Below are positions 19,784-28,961 of a stretch of 60,921 nucleotides of DNA, piece by piece. The stretch is from contig JAIOSJ010000289.1 in NCBI GenBank assembly GCA_021107705.1, positions 1 through 60,921 of the forward strand, read 5' to 3'. The stretch comes from Thermoanaerobaculales bacterium. Its GTDB lineage: Bacteria > Acidobacteriota > Thermoanaerobaculia > Thermoanaerobaculales > Sulfomarinibacteraceae. A program made the position numbers and the translations under genes. Positions within the stretch are counted from its first letter, which is position 1. Every line of letters starts with the position of its first letter. The notes below the pieces were generated by a model. That model searched no databases. It had not been told where the DNA came from and was given only the letters and a program-made list of their open reading frames with translations.

Positions 19784-19968
19784 AAGCCCTGTGAACATGT
19801 CATCCGCGAAGCGAAAGGCTCGAGAGGCTGTGAGATGTGTCTTTCTCGCGAAGTCGTAACCCGAAGGCGTATCAAGAGATACGTTGAGGGTAACGACGAG
19901 CGAAAATCGCGTAGATTGCTGTGAATCGAGCATTGCAGCCGCGAGAGGCATTTTCACAGGGCTTTTAG
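19782..19968 (+). repeat. 187-nt intergenic inverted-repeat element (copy D, divergent subfamily)
   Basis: 19781-19795 pairs with 19953-19967 (14 Watson-Crick pairs plus 1 G.T). Same 90+97 nt layout as the 53.7 kb copy, with shared blocks GCTCGAGA, AGGCGTA, CGTTGAGG and CGAG..GCGAAA. Confidence 0.7.
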
Positions 19969-20531
19969 TCGTCAGGCAAACCCAGATCCGCCGCAATGCC
20001 TGCCATGGCGTCGCGAACAAATTCGATGTGCTCGTCCAGATCCACGCCGAGGTCCTCGACTCCCGAATACACGTCCTCGCGGTTGACACCCCGGGCAAAC
20101 GCCTTGTCTTTGAGTTTCTTCTTGACCGATTTGACCTTGACTTCGGCAATACTCTTGTCGGGACGCACCAGGGCACAGGCAGTCAGAAAACCGGAGAGTT
20201 CGTCCACGGCAAACAGGGTCTTGCGAATCGGCTCTTCGCGTGGAACCTCCATGTAGTCCGCATGAGACGCCACCGCGAGGACCCACTCCTCCGGCCAGCC
20301 GCGATCACGCAGAATCCTGCATCCCACGTGCAGGTGGGTCTGTTCGGTGTAGTTTTGCTCATAGTCGAAGTCGTGAATCAGGCCGACGACTCCCCACACA
20401 TCCTGATCGTCCCCGAAGCGAGCTGCATAAGCCCTCATCGCCGCCTCCACCGCCAAGGCGTGCTTCAACAAGCTCGGGTTGGTTGTAAACTCGTTCAACA
20501 AGGCCCATGCGTCGTCGCGTGTAGGTTGCAT
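19965..20531 (-). CDS. HD-domain (HDIG-like) phosphohydrolase
   Basis: ATG at 20531 after GGAGG. LLKHALAVEAAMRAYA...GLIHDFDY (H...HD motif). Confidence 0.8.
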   Translation of the reverse strand: MQPTRDDAWALLNEFTTNPSLLKHALAVEAAMRAYAARFGDDQDVWGVVGLIHDFDYEQNYTEQTHLHVGCRILRDRGWPEEWVLAVASHADYMEVPREEPIRKTLFAVDELSGFLTACALVRPDKSIAEVKVKSVKKKLKDKAFARGVNREDVYSGVEDLGVDLDEHIEFVRDAMAGIAADLGLPDD

Positions 20532-20568
20532 CTCAATCCTCCGATTTTCTTTAAGGCCGCCCTGGAGA

Positions 20569-22794
20569 TTATCCCCCCGGGTTCTTATGGGCTGTGGTTC
20601 CCGGTGACGGCTGGCGATAGGGCCGGCCCTGGCGATAGCTGCGTAATCTGGTTTCGACTTCCAGCGCAAACGGGTTCCTTCGGTCACCAAGTTCGGCCAG
20701 GGCCCTTTCGGCCGCGACCACCGCTTCGGAGTATCGTCCGGCCTCGGCATAGGCGGCCGCCAGAGTGTCCAGTGTCGAAGCCGAAGCGCCCGATGCAACG
20801 ACCCGTTCGGCCAATACCACAGCATACTCTCCGTCTCGAAGCTCCTGTTCCGGCGCCGTTGCCAGGAGCCATGCCAAATTGTTGGCGACCGACCGATGAC
20901 CGCCGTCAAGAGCCAACGCGGATTCATAGGCTACGACGACATCGCTGCGATTTCCCATCCGCTCCCGGCAGATTCCCACGTTCGCCCAGGAGTCGGCATT
21001 GGTCGGCGCCCACTTCAGGGCGGCCATGAAAGCCTCCTCGGCCTCGAACCACCGGCCCATTCGGGCCAAGACCAACCCGCTATTGGAACGTGCGACGGGA
21101 TCTTTGGGCTTGAGCGCCGCGGCCTGTGAGAAGTGGCGCAAGGCCCCCGCGAGATCACCACTCTCCAAGAGGACCTTCCCGACGCCGTTGTGAGCGGGTG
21201 CGTGGCTGGGATTCTCGGCCAACGCTCGACGAAAACTCTCGGCCGCTCGCTCCGGCTGAGCCTCGTATATCCATGCCAGACCTCGATCGTAGTACCACCG
21301 GGCCATCCCGACCTCCGCCGAAACAATTGGGATGTGAGTCAGACCCACCGCCACCACCAACGCTCCAAGCCATCCCCAGAAAGCCCGGCGCCGACGCTGA
21401 ATACTGCGCCCAACCTCGACCAGCGCCACCGCCGATCCCAACAACAAAAAGGGCAGAACCGGCACCCGGTAGAGCGAGGCAGCAGAAAACGGCAAGAACG
21501 ATACGAACCACGTCATGACGAACAGACCCAGCGCGACCAGGGTCTCCAACGTCCCCTTATCCCTCAAAAAGCCGGAATGAGCATCCCGGCGCCACCATAC
21601 CACCAGCACCGCCAGCCCCACCAAGGCGCCTCCCAGAGCAGTGGGAAATCCAACCGGTATCATCCTCAGCAACGGCGACTGGGCCCGGTCCGCACCGACA
21701 ACGTGATTGTGGGCGACCTCATCCGGCCCCCAGAAGAGGGCCGCTCGGCGTCCGATTAAGACCATCTCTCGACCGGGATTGTCGATCATCCACGCCAAGG
21801 CGCGACCACCGAAGATCTTCGAAGTCTCACCAAAGGTCAAATCGCGACCCAACTCCATTTCCATGCGGGCTATGAAGTCCGGAATCACCCATGGTGAACT
21901 CATAACACCGAGCCCACCGGCGCAGCTGGTCGAAAACCCGGCGGCATCTTCGTTGTTGGCATGATAGAGCGTCAGGCCCCCATTGGCCGAAACCAGGGCG
22001 AAGGTGCCTTCGACTCTCCAATTCCGGAGAGCCGTCGGCGTCAAAACCACCGCCCCCACGACCGCCGCCGCAACTGCCATCGGCCAGAATCGATTCGTCA
22101 ATCGTCGTCGGCGAACGACCCACCATCCCCACACAACGAGTACCGGCGCAAAGAGCAGGGCATTCGGACGAACCAACGCCAACAGGCCGAGGACCGCCCC
22201 CGCCGAAGCAGCCCAAGGCCAATTCGGCTGCTTCGCCAGTCGAAAGAGCAGGACTGTCAGAACCAAAGACAGGAGCACCAACAGCCAGGCGCCGTTGAGT
22301 CCTCCCTGGAAGTAGAGCAGAGGCCAATTGAGGACCATCAGCGCCGCCCACACCACCCCGACCACCGGCCCCAAGAGGCGGCGGCCGATCAGCCATGCCA
22401 GGACGACACTGACCAGTCCGAGACCCATTTGGACCACCCGGAGACCCAGGGCCTCGCCCCCGACCAGACGGAAGATCCCCGCCAGAACGAAGGCATAACC
22501 CGGAGGCCGGCTGTAAGCGGTCGTTCGAATGCCGGGATCCCGGCCCCATGCGTCGGGGGGGAGAGCCCAATCAGCGGTGGCCAGCCCCCTGGCCCAGTAG
22601 AGGTTGAAGCCTTCGTCCACCGGCGGATGATTCAATTCCGGCATCTCACGGAGTTCGCCGAGGTAAAGACCCCGAAGGATGACGCCGATCACCAGAACCA
22701 ACAAGATGGCCATCAGTTCCCATCGGCTCGGTCGAAGGAACCGGTCCGCCCTTGTGGCGCGATCGTGACCCGAACCTGTCCACGAGAATTTCAT
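20569..22794 (-). CDS. GT39/ArnT-like membrane glycosyltransferase fused to C-terminal TPR repeats
   Basis: More than 10 TM helices with an N-terminal DEGFNLYWA-type loop. The C-terminal roughly 230 aa are TPR units (AESFRRALAENPSHAPAHNGVG..., ALKPKDPVARSN...). Confidence 0.8.
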   Translation of the reverse strand: MKFSWTGSGHDRATRADRFLRPSRWELMAILLVLVIGVILRGLYLGELREMPELNHPPVDEGFNLYWARGLATADWALPPDAWGRDPGIRTTAYSRPPGYAFVLAGIFRLVGGEALGLRVVQMGLGLVSVVLAWLIGRRLLGPVVGVVWAALMVLNWPLLYFQGGLNGAWLLVLLSLVLTVLLFRLAKQPNWPWAASAGAVLGLLALVRPNALLFAPVLVVWGWWVVRRRRLTNRFWPMAVAAAVVGAVVLTPTALRNWRVEGTFALVSANGGLTLYHANNEDAAGFSTSCAGGLGVMSSPWVIPDFIARMEMELGRDLTFGETSKIFGGRALAWMIDNPGREMVLIGRRAALFWGPDEVAHNHVVGADRAQSPLLRMIPVGFPTALGGALVGLAVLVVWWRRDAHSGFLRDKGTLETLVALGLFVMTWFVSFLPFSAASLYRVPVLPFLLLGSAVALVEVGRSIQRRRRAFWGWLGALVVAVGLTHIPIVSAEVGMARWYYDRGLAWIYEAQPERAAESFRRALAENPSHAPAHNGVGKVLLESGDLAGALRHFSQAAALKPKDPVARSNSGLVLARMGRWFEAEEAFMAALKWAPTNADSWANVGICRERMGNRSDVVVAYESALALDGGHRSVANNLAWLLATAPEQELRDGEYAVVLAERVVASGASASTLDTLAAAYAEAGRYSEAVVAAERALAELGDRRNPFALEVETRLRSYRQGRPYRQPSPGTTAHKNPGG

Positions 22795-22897
22795 TGCCTG
22801 AGCCTACCAAAGTACTCCGATCGGGACCCTTTCGTTCCTGTCCTTGGAAAACTTCCACAATGAACTGTAGTCTGCTCTCAAAACGCAAAAATGGCCC

Positions 22898-22925
22898 TTG
22901 ACAGGCCAGAAACCTAGACTACACT
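22898..22925 (+). promoter_or_regulatory. candidate sigma70-type promoter of glnA
   Basis: TTGACA (22898-22903), 16-nt spacer, TACACT (22920-22925). The palindrome ATGTGATCCACAT (22931-22943) follows, then AGGAGG and the ATG at 22956. Confidence 0.5.
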
Positions 22926-22955
22926 CAACAATGTGATCCACATTTAGGAGGCAAC

Positions 22956-24287
22956 ATGTCAGTCTTGTCGAAAGAGGTCATGAGCAAAATCGTGGAGGAA
23001 GATGTCCACTTCATGAGTCTCCAGTTCACCGATATCGACGGTGTCGCGAAGAATGTCGAGATTCCCGAGTCCCAGTTCGAGAAAGCTCTCGACGGCCAAA
23101 TCATGTTTGACGGATCGTCCATCCAGGGTTTTACCCGCATTGAAGAGTCCGACATGCTGCTGATTCCCGACCTCGACACCTTCCAGATTTATCCCTGGGA
23201 AGACCGGCACGGCAAGGTGTGCCGCCTCATCTGCGATGTCCAGACGCCGGACGGAAGGGCCTTTGCCGGCTGCCCGCGGACGGTACTCAAGCGAATCGTG
23301 GAAAAGGCAGACGCGATGGGATACCGGCTGATGGCGGGGCCCGAGGCCGAATTCTTTCTCTTTCATCGCGATGAAGGGGGCGCCCCCATGGTCGTCACCC
23401 ACGACGCCGGCGGCTATTTTGACCTCGGCCCCGTCGACATGGGCGAAGAGGCGCGGCGAGACATCGTTCTGGTGCTCGAGGCCATGGGCTTCGAGGTCGA
23501 GGCCGCCCATCACGAGGTCGCTCCCGGCCAGCACGAGATCGACTTCAAATATGGTGAGGCCGTGGCAACCGCCGACGCCATCGTGACCTTTCGCGACGTT
23601 GTCAAACGGGTCGCCCATTTTCACGATCTCCACGCCACCTTCATGCCGAAACCGATTGCCGGCGTCGCCGGCTCCGGCATGCACACCCACCAGTCTCTCT
23701 TCACCCGAGATGGAGAGAATGTCTTTTATGACCCGGGTGGCGAGTGGGAACTCTCGACCATCGCCCGCGCATATATCGGCGGCCTCCTCGAACATGCAAG
23801 AGCTTTTGTTGCCATCACCAATCCCCTGGTCAATTCCTACAAACGCCTGGTGCCCGGATACGAGGCGCCGGTAAACGTTGCCTGGTCCGAAAAGAACCGT
23901 TCTCCCATGATCCGCGTTCCCGCCCGTCGGGGTATCGGCACCCGTTGCGAGGTCCGCATCCCGGATCCTTCCTGCAATCCCTACCTGGCCATTACTGCCA
24001 TGCTGGCCTCAGGCCTCGACGGCATCGAAAGAGGACTCGACTGCGGGGCGCCTGTCAATCGCAACATTTTCGAGATGAGCGCTCGTGAAAAGAAGCGCCT
24101 CAAGATCAAGCAACTTCCGGGATCCCTCGACGAGGCCATCGATTTCCTCGAAAAGGACACGCTTCTTCGCGACGCCCTTGGGGATCACATCTTTGACCAC
24201 TTCATCTTCAACAAACGACGCGAGTGGGCGGACTACATCAAGGAGATCCATGACTGGGAGTTGGAGAGGTATCTGGAGCGGTATTAA
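22956..24287 (+). CDS. glnA: glutamine synthetase type I
   Basis: FTDIDGVAKNVEIP, DGSSIQGF, HHEVAPGQHEIDF, MPKPIAGVAGSGMHTHQSL and NRSPMIRVP motifs. Confidence 0.95.
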   Translation: MSVLSKEVMSKIVEEDVHFMSLQFTDIDGVAKNVEIPESQFEKALDGQIMFDGSSIQGFTRIEESDMLLIPDLDTFQIYPWEDRHGKVCRLICDVQTPDGRAFAGCPRTVLKRIVEKADAMGYRLMAGPEAEFFLFHRDEGGAPMVVTHDAGGYFDLGPVDMGEEARRDIVLVLEAMGFEVEAAHHEVAPGQHEIDFKYGEAVATADAIVTFRDVVKRVAHFHDLHATFMPKPIAGVAGSGMHTHQSLFTRDGENVFYDPGGEWELSTIARAYIGGLLEHARAFVAITNPLVNSYKRLVPGYEAPVNVAWSEKNRSPMIRVPARRGIGTRCEVRIPDPSCNPYLAITAMLASGLDGIERGLDCGAPVNRNIFEMSAREKKRLKIKQLPGSLDEAIDFLEKDTLLRDALGDHIFDHFIFNKRREWADYIKEIHDWELERYLERY

Positions 24288-24412
24288 GATTGGTCAAAAG
24301 GTCAAAAGGGTCGTTCAGACCGGCTTTTTCGTCAAACCCCCGGATGGTGGCGTGTCTCGGAATCAATACACGAGTATCAATTCGTCACGCCCGCTTTGCC
24401 TGTTGCTCGTCC

Positions 24413-24907
24413 CTACTGGCCTTGTGGAGCAATTGCGTTGAATTCCTCCCAGATTCGCTGAAAATTGTCGTACTGGTTCGACCAAAGAGTGACAAGCCGA
24501 CCTCGACCCAGCCCCCAAGACGTGGAATGGGAGGGATGCAATCGAATGCTCACGTATCCTTCACGGTTCGCGTCTGTTGGCGGCCGCCCTGAAACGGACA
24601 TGATTTCCGAAATGGCCACGTCTCCAACGCCGGGCAGCTTGACCGATCCACTGCTGAAGGTAATGTCGCACGACCCGGAACGAAGGCGACGCAGGTCTCT
24701 GGCATTCCGAATCGCCAGAAAGACCAACAGCGGGGTCAGAAGGACCAAGATTCTCCCAACGGTCCCCACTTGACCGGACTTGGATGCCAGAACTGCAACG
24801 AGACCACAAGAAGGGAGGACCACAGCGGAAATTGTGCTGACGAGGGAGTGCCTCTCCATAGCCCGGATCCATTTTGGAGAAATCTGGAATGTTCGCATCA
24901 TCGTCAT
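24413..24907 (-). CDS. hypothetical membrane protein
   Basis: Start taken at the internal MTMMRTF, because the longer ORF runs into the divergent gene. Two predicted TM helices, then a soluble domain. No motif recognised. Confidence 0.4.
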   Translation of the reverse strand: MTMMRTFQISPKWIRAMERHSLVSTISAVVLPSCGLVAVLASKSGQVGTVGRILVLLTPLLVFLAIRNARDLRRLRSGSCDITFSSGSVKLPGVGDVAISEIMSVSGRPPTDANREGYVSIRLHPSHSTSWGLGRGRLVTLWSNQYDNFQRIWEEFNAIAPQGQ

Positions 24908-25079
24908 TTGACTGGCCCCCCGGGTCACTCTTCGATTTGAGTTCGGGCCACGCTCCCTCTCGCCGACGCCGGTTGAGAGCAGACACGATTGCCGGAACAC
25001 GAAGATGTGACCGCCAAGCAATGATAGCCTGTCCGGCGACTGCGAGGGTCTAAGGGCCCTCGGGTGGTTTGGAGGAGCG

Positions 25080-25610
25080 ATGAATCCATACAAAGACATG
25101 TCCCGAGAGGAACTGCTCAAGGCCCTTGAGATGTTCGCCAAAAACTGGCTCGCTCATGACGGCTGCTGGTTCCTCGCCGCTGAGGCCGAGCACGGAATGG
25201 AAACGGCCATCCACCTCGACGAATTGGCCTGGCACCGCTTTGCGACCACCGAGGCACGGCGCATCGTGAGGGGTTACGGGCTACCTGAGAACGGCGGCCT
25301 GGAGGCCCTGGAAAAGGCCCTCAGTCTGCGCATGTACGCCGTGATCAACATGCAACATGTCGAGTGGTCCGATGATCGCAAGACCCTTCGGTTCTTCATG
25401 GATATCTGCCGGGTCCAGGAGACACGTCGCCGCAAGGGTCTGCCTGATTTTCCCTGTAAGAGCGTGGGTGTCTTTGAATTCACAGCCTTCGCCAAAGCCA
25501 TCGACCCACGGATTCAAACCCATTGCATTCACTGCCCACCCGAGGCCCCGGAGGGACTCTACTGCGGTTGGGAATTCACCTTGGCCGAACCGGTGGACGA
25601 CGAGGGCTGA
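25080..25610 (+). CDS. conserved hypothetical protein with Cys-rich C-terminus
   Basis: GGAGGAG lies before the ATG. The ORF is coherent (WLAHDGCWFLAAE, CKSVG...HCIHCPPE...YCGWEF). Family not confidently recognised. Confidence 0.65.
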   Translation: MNPYKDMSREELLKALEMFAKNWLAHDGCWFLAAEAEHGMETAIHLDELAWHRFATTEARRIVRGYGLPENGGLEALEKALSLRMYAVINMQHVEWSDDRKTLRFFMDICRVQETRRRKGLPDFPCKSVGVFEFTAFAKAIDPRIQTHCIHCPPEAPEGLYCGWEFTLAEPVDDEG

Positions 25611-25631
25611 GGGGTCCGGCCGAAAAGACCG

Positions 25632-26684
25632 ATGCCCGCTGTATGCAACGCCGATCTGGCCGAGGCCCTTTTTGCTCTCTCCGAAATGGAACAACCGGGC
25701 GAACGCCGCCTGGCGTTCTTGAAGGCGGGCTACGCCGCATTTGACGCCTACGTCCCGGCACGACAGCTCATCCTTGACGATGCTCCCACATGGCTTCAGC
25801 CGCTCATTATCCAACTTCTGGGGTGTGACGGTGTGGACGCCCTCGAAGCCGCGGTGCAACGCTTATCCGGGGGAGGCCGTCCCGGGCGCCGAGCACTCCG
25901 TGAAAATTTTCTGTCCGGGGAAAATGTCCGGCAGATTCTGGACAGGGCGGACGCCGACCTCCATCCGAAGCGCATGCGTGGCGCCTTCCACTGGCATACT
26001 TCCGATTCGGACGGCAAGGCACCGCTCGAAACCATGGCTCGGGCATGCCTGCGAAGAGGTTTTTCCTGGGCAGTGGTCTGTGACCACTCTCGCGGTCTTG
26101 AAGTCGCTTCGGGACTCGACCACGAAGGCGTCTGTCTGCAACAACGAAGAGTCGAGCGCTGGAACCAACACAATGCTGAGGACCTCCGCCTCTTTCAGGG
26201 TCTCGAAGTGGAAATACTCGAGGATGGGACCATCGACATTCCGACCTCGGAAAGGCTGGAACTCGATTGCATCGTGGCTGCCGTCCATCGGTACTTCGAT
26301 CCCGACCGGGACCAGACGGAACGATTCTTGCGGGCGATTTCAGCCCCTGGCGTCCACGTAATCGCCCACCCAAGGGCGCGACACTTCCATCATCGCGCCG
26401 GCCTGCGAGCCCGCTGGGAAAAGGTTTTTTCGGCCTGCGCCGAAGAAGAGGTCGCCGTCGAGATCAACGGCTTTCCACGGCGCCAGGATCTTGAGTGGGA
26501 CCTTGCCCGCCTCGCCTCCGACTGTGGTTGCACCTTCATTCTTGCCTCCGACGCCCATGCCCCCAATCATCTCGAATTTGATTCTTACGCGTCAGCCATT
26601 GCCGCTCGTGCCGAATTGAAACCGGAGCAAATCCTCAATGCCCGGCGGGCGGAGGTGTTTGGGGACTGGCTGGGGGTTGGGTAG
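25632..26684 (+). CDS. PHP-domain phosphoesterase (PolX C-terminal-like, no polymerase domain)
   Basis: FHWHTSDSDG (PHP motif I), VCDHSR, IAHPRARH, ASDAHAP. Short HhH-like N-terminal region. Confidence 0.75.
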   Translation: MPAVCNADLAEALFALSEMEQPGERRLAFLKAGYAAFDAYVPARQLILDDAPTWLQPLIIQLLGCDGVDALEAAVQRLSGGGRPGRRALRENFLSGENVRQILDRADADLHPKRMRGAFHWHTSDSDGKAPLETMARACLRRGFSWAVVCDHSRGLEVASGLDHEGVCLQQRRVERWNQHNAEDLRLFQGLEVEILEDGTIDIPTSERLELDCIVAAVHRYFDPDRDQTERFLRAISAPGVHVIAHPRARHFHHRAGLRARWEKVFSACAEEEVAVEINGFPRRQDLEWDLARLASDCGCTFILASDAHAPNHLEFDSYASAIAARAELKPEQILNARRAEVFGDWLGVG

Positions 26685-26740
26685 TGACTCCAGCCCCCTG
26701 GTTCGGACAACAGTGTCGACTCAAGGTTGATGCCGCTTGA

Positions 26741-28708
26741 TCAAAACCCCTGGCCCTTCTTCCTGGATTTCTTGGTTCCACCACGCGAAGCGTGACGGTA
26801 TCCTGAACGGGATGGAGCATCGCCGTCTTTGGTCCGGGTTCGACGGCCCTCCTTGCGCCAGGCGCCTTGGGGAGGCTTCGCCGAGATGAGGCATCCCGGG
26901 GTCGAACCGATCAAATCCTTTCGCCCCGCTTTGAGGAGGATCTCCCGCACCTCCGCCCAATTCTCGGGCTTGAAGAACTGCAACAAGACCCGCTGCACCT
27001 TGCGGTCCGTCAATCTCTTGGCCGAAAAGACTCTTTTCATGGTGTGGGGATCGAGATCGGTGTGGTACATGCATGTGGCGACGTCCATCGGCGCCGGGAT
27101 GAAGTCCTGGACCTGGAGAGGCTTGTAGCCGTTTTTCTTGAGAAATACCGCCAGCTCGATCATCTCCTTGACGCCACTGCCCGGGTGGCTGGAGATGAAA
27201 TACGGCACCAGATACTGCTCCTTGCCGACCCTTCGTGACACCTCCCGGAATTTCTCCGAAAAGTCCTCGAAAGTGTGCTGTGGCGGTTTCTTCATCAGAC
27301 TGAGTACGGTGTCGCTCGAATGTTCCGGCGCGACCTTGAGATGGCCTCCGACGTGGTGCTCGACCAGCTCCTCGAGGTACTCCCGGTCCTGACGAGCCAG
27401 GTCCATGCGAATGCCGGAGGCGATGTTGACCTTCTTCACCCCCTGGACCCGGCGGCTCTCGCGCATCAGGCCGATCAACGGCTTGTGACTGGTGTCCAGG
27501 ATTTTGCAAATCGTCGGATGGACACAGGAGGGCCGCCTGCACATGGCCTCCACCTCCGGCTTGGAACAGCGCATGCGGTACATGTTGGCCGTCGGTCCTC
27601 CCAGATCGCTGATATGACCCCCAAAGCCCGGGCGCTCGGCGATATGGCTGATCTCCGCGACCACCGACTCCCGGCTTCGGCTCTGGATCGGCCGGCCCTG
27701 GTGGAGGGTGATCGAGCAGAAGGTGCATCCGCCGAAACAACCGCGCATGATCTGGACCGAGTCCTTGATCATGTCCCATGCCGGGATGGGATCTCGGTAA
27801 CGGGGGTGGGGCCCTCGGGCATAGGGCAGGTCGTGGAGGGCGTCCAACCCCGGCGTCGACAACGGCAAATCGGCCGGATTGACCACGACTCGGCGGTCGC
27901 CGTGGGCTTGCACCAAACGTCGGGCGTTGAAGGCGTTGGTCTCTCGATGGATCATCCGCGTCATCACGGCGAAGGACCGCGGGTCCCCTTGCACATCCTC
28001 GAACGTCGGCAGCTCGAGGGTCATGTTGTCACCGGCCGAGTCCTCCCATCGGTGGTCGGGCAGCGCCTCCTTCTTGCCCAGTAGGTAGGCCACACCGCGC
28101 ATGTCCCGAAGGTTTTCGACCATCTCCCCGCTGTTGAGCCGCCGGGCGATCTCGAGGATCGGCCGTTCTCCCATACCGAAGACCACAAGATGCGCCTTTG
28201 AGGTCAGGAGGATGCTCGGCCACACCTTGTCCGACCAGTAGTCGTAATGCGCCAATCGCCTCAGGGATGCCTCGACCCCGCCGGCGATGACCGGCACACC
28301 TTTGAATGCCTCGCGGCATCGTTGGACGTAGACGTTCGTCGCACGATCCGGCCGCAGATCGATCGCGCCGCCCGGTGAGTAGGCGTCGGCGTTTCGCTTC
28401 TTCCGGTTCGCCGTGTAGTGGTTGATCATCGAGTCCATGTTGCCGGCGCTGACGCCGTAGAACAGGCGCGGGCGTCCCAGAGCCTTCCATGCTTGAGCCG
28501 AACGCCAGTCCGGCTGGGCAAGGATGGCCACCCGAAAACCGTTCTTCTCAAGCCATCGTCCAAGGATCGCTGCGGCGAAAGAGGGATGGTCGATGTAGGC
28601 GTCGCCCGAAACCAGAATGACATCCGGCTCGTCCCAACCGCGCGCCTCGATCTCTTCACGGGTTGTGGGCAAGAAGTCTTGGTTACGGTGGTGAGTGCGG
28701 CGGGCCAT
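26741..28708 (-). CDS. ygiQ: YgiQ-family radical SAM protein (UPF0313)
   Basis: [34 protein letters not shown]-terminus. The radical SAM cluster CFGGCTFC is typical of YgiQ. Confidence 0.9.
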   Translation of the reverse strand: MARRTHHRNQDFLPTTREEIEARGWDEPDVILVSGDAYIDHPSFAAAILGRWLEKNGFRVAILAQPDWRSAQAWKALGRPRLFYGVSAGNMDSMINHYTANRKKRNADAYSPGGAIDLRPDRATNVYVQRCREAFKGVPVIAGGVEASLRRLAHYDYWSDKVWPSILLTSKAHLVVFGMGERPILEIARRLNSGEMVENLRDMRGVAYLLGKKEALPDHRWEDSAGDNMTLELPTFEDVQGDPRSFAVMTRMIHRETNAFNARRLVQAHGDRRVVVNPADLPLSTPGLDALHDLPYARGPHPRYRDPIPAWDMIKDSVQIMRGCFGGCTFCSITLHQGRPIQSRSRESVVAEISHIAERPGFGGHISDLGGPTANMYRMRCSKPEVEAMCRRPSCVHPTICKILDTSHKPLIGLMRESRRVQGVKKVNIASGIRMDLARQDREYLEELVEHHVGGHLKVAPEHSSDTVLSLMKKPPQHTFEDFSEKFREVSRRVGKEQYLVPYFISSHPGSGVKEMIELAVFLKKNGYKPLQVQDFIPAPMDVATCMYHTDLDPHTMKRVFSAKRLTDRKVQRVLLQFFKPENWAEVREILLKAGRKDLIGSTPGCLISAKPPQGAWRKEGRRTRTKDGDAPSRSGYRHASRGGTKKSRKKGQGF

Positions 28709-28722
28709 GGGGCGATACTACA

Positions 28723-28928
28723 CCTAGAGGCCCGGCCGGAAACCCCCTCGCGGCTGCAAATCGCGAATGAGGCGACGCCCACTCTGGGGCCGGCGACCCA
28801 GAGCGGGTCCCTATCTGTGTTTCCGTAAGTCATTGAAGTAGAACGACTACGCCTGCGGCCTTCCGGAAGCACATCGCGCACCTCCCCATAATTTCGCTTC
28901 GCAAGGGGTTTTCGGCCGGGTCTCTAGG
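28723..28928 (-). repeat. roughly 206-nt intergenic inverted-repeat element (copy E, inverted orientation)
   Basis: CCTAGAGGCCCGGCCGGAAACCCCC (28723-28747) versus GGGGTTTTCGGCCGGGTCTCTAGG (28905-28928). The minus strand carries GCGAAGCGAAA, AGGCGTA and TGCAGCCGCGAG in the same order as copy D. Confidence 0.7.
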
Positions 28929-28961
28929 GTAACGAGTACCGCACGTTGACAATCTCGTTCA

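Noticed and set aside
18364-19968. Integron cassette / attC interpretation of the two structured repeats flanking the Kbl-family gene.
   Set aside because: There is no integrase or attI in the window. The elements (about 186 nt) are longer than typical attC sites and lack clear RYYYAAC...GTTRRRY cores; only copy A has a GTTAGGA-like string. The other three copies are not arranged as cassettes.
25608-25634. In-frame TGA joining ORF 25080..25610 to ORF 25632..26684, considered as a selenocysteine codon because selB is present.
   Set aside because: Same-frame adjacency happens one time in three by chance. The downstream gene has its own ATG. The residues around the TGA have no CxxU/UxxC-like redox context. 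No SECIS-like hairpin was evident right after the TGA.
28688-28707. GGTGGTGAGTGCGGCGGGCC, at the very start of ygiQ, resembles the A/B-type terminal repeat (GGTGAGAAGTGCGGGC).
   Set aside because: It lies inside the coding sequence (MARRTHHRN) and has gaps relative to the repeat and no partner arm. It is probably coincidental, although a remnant of an element end cannot be excluded.
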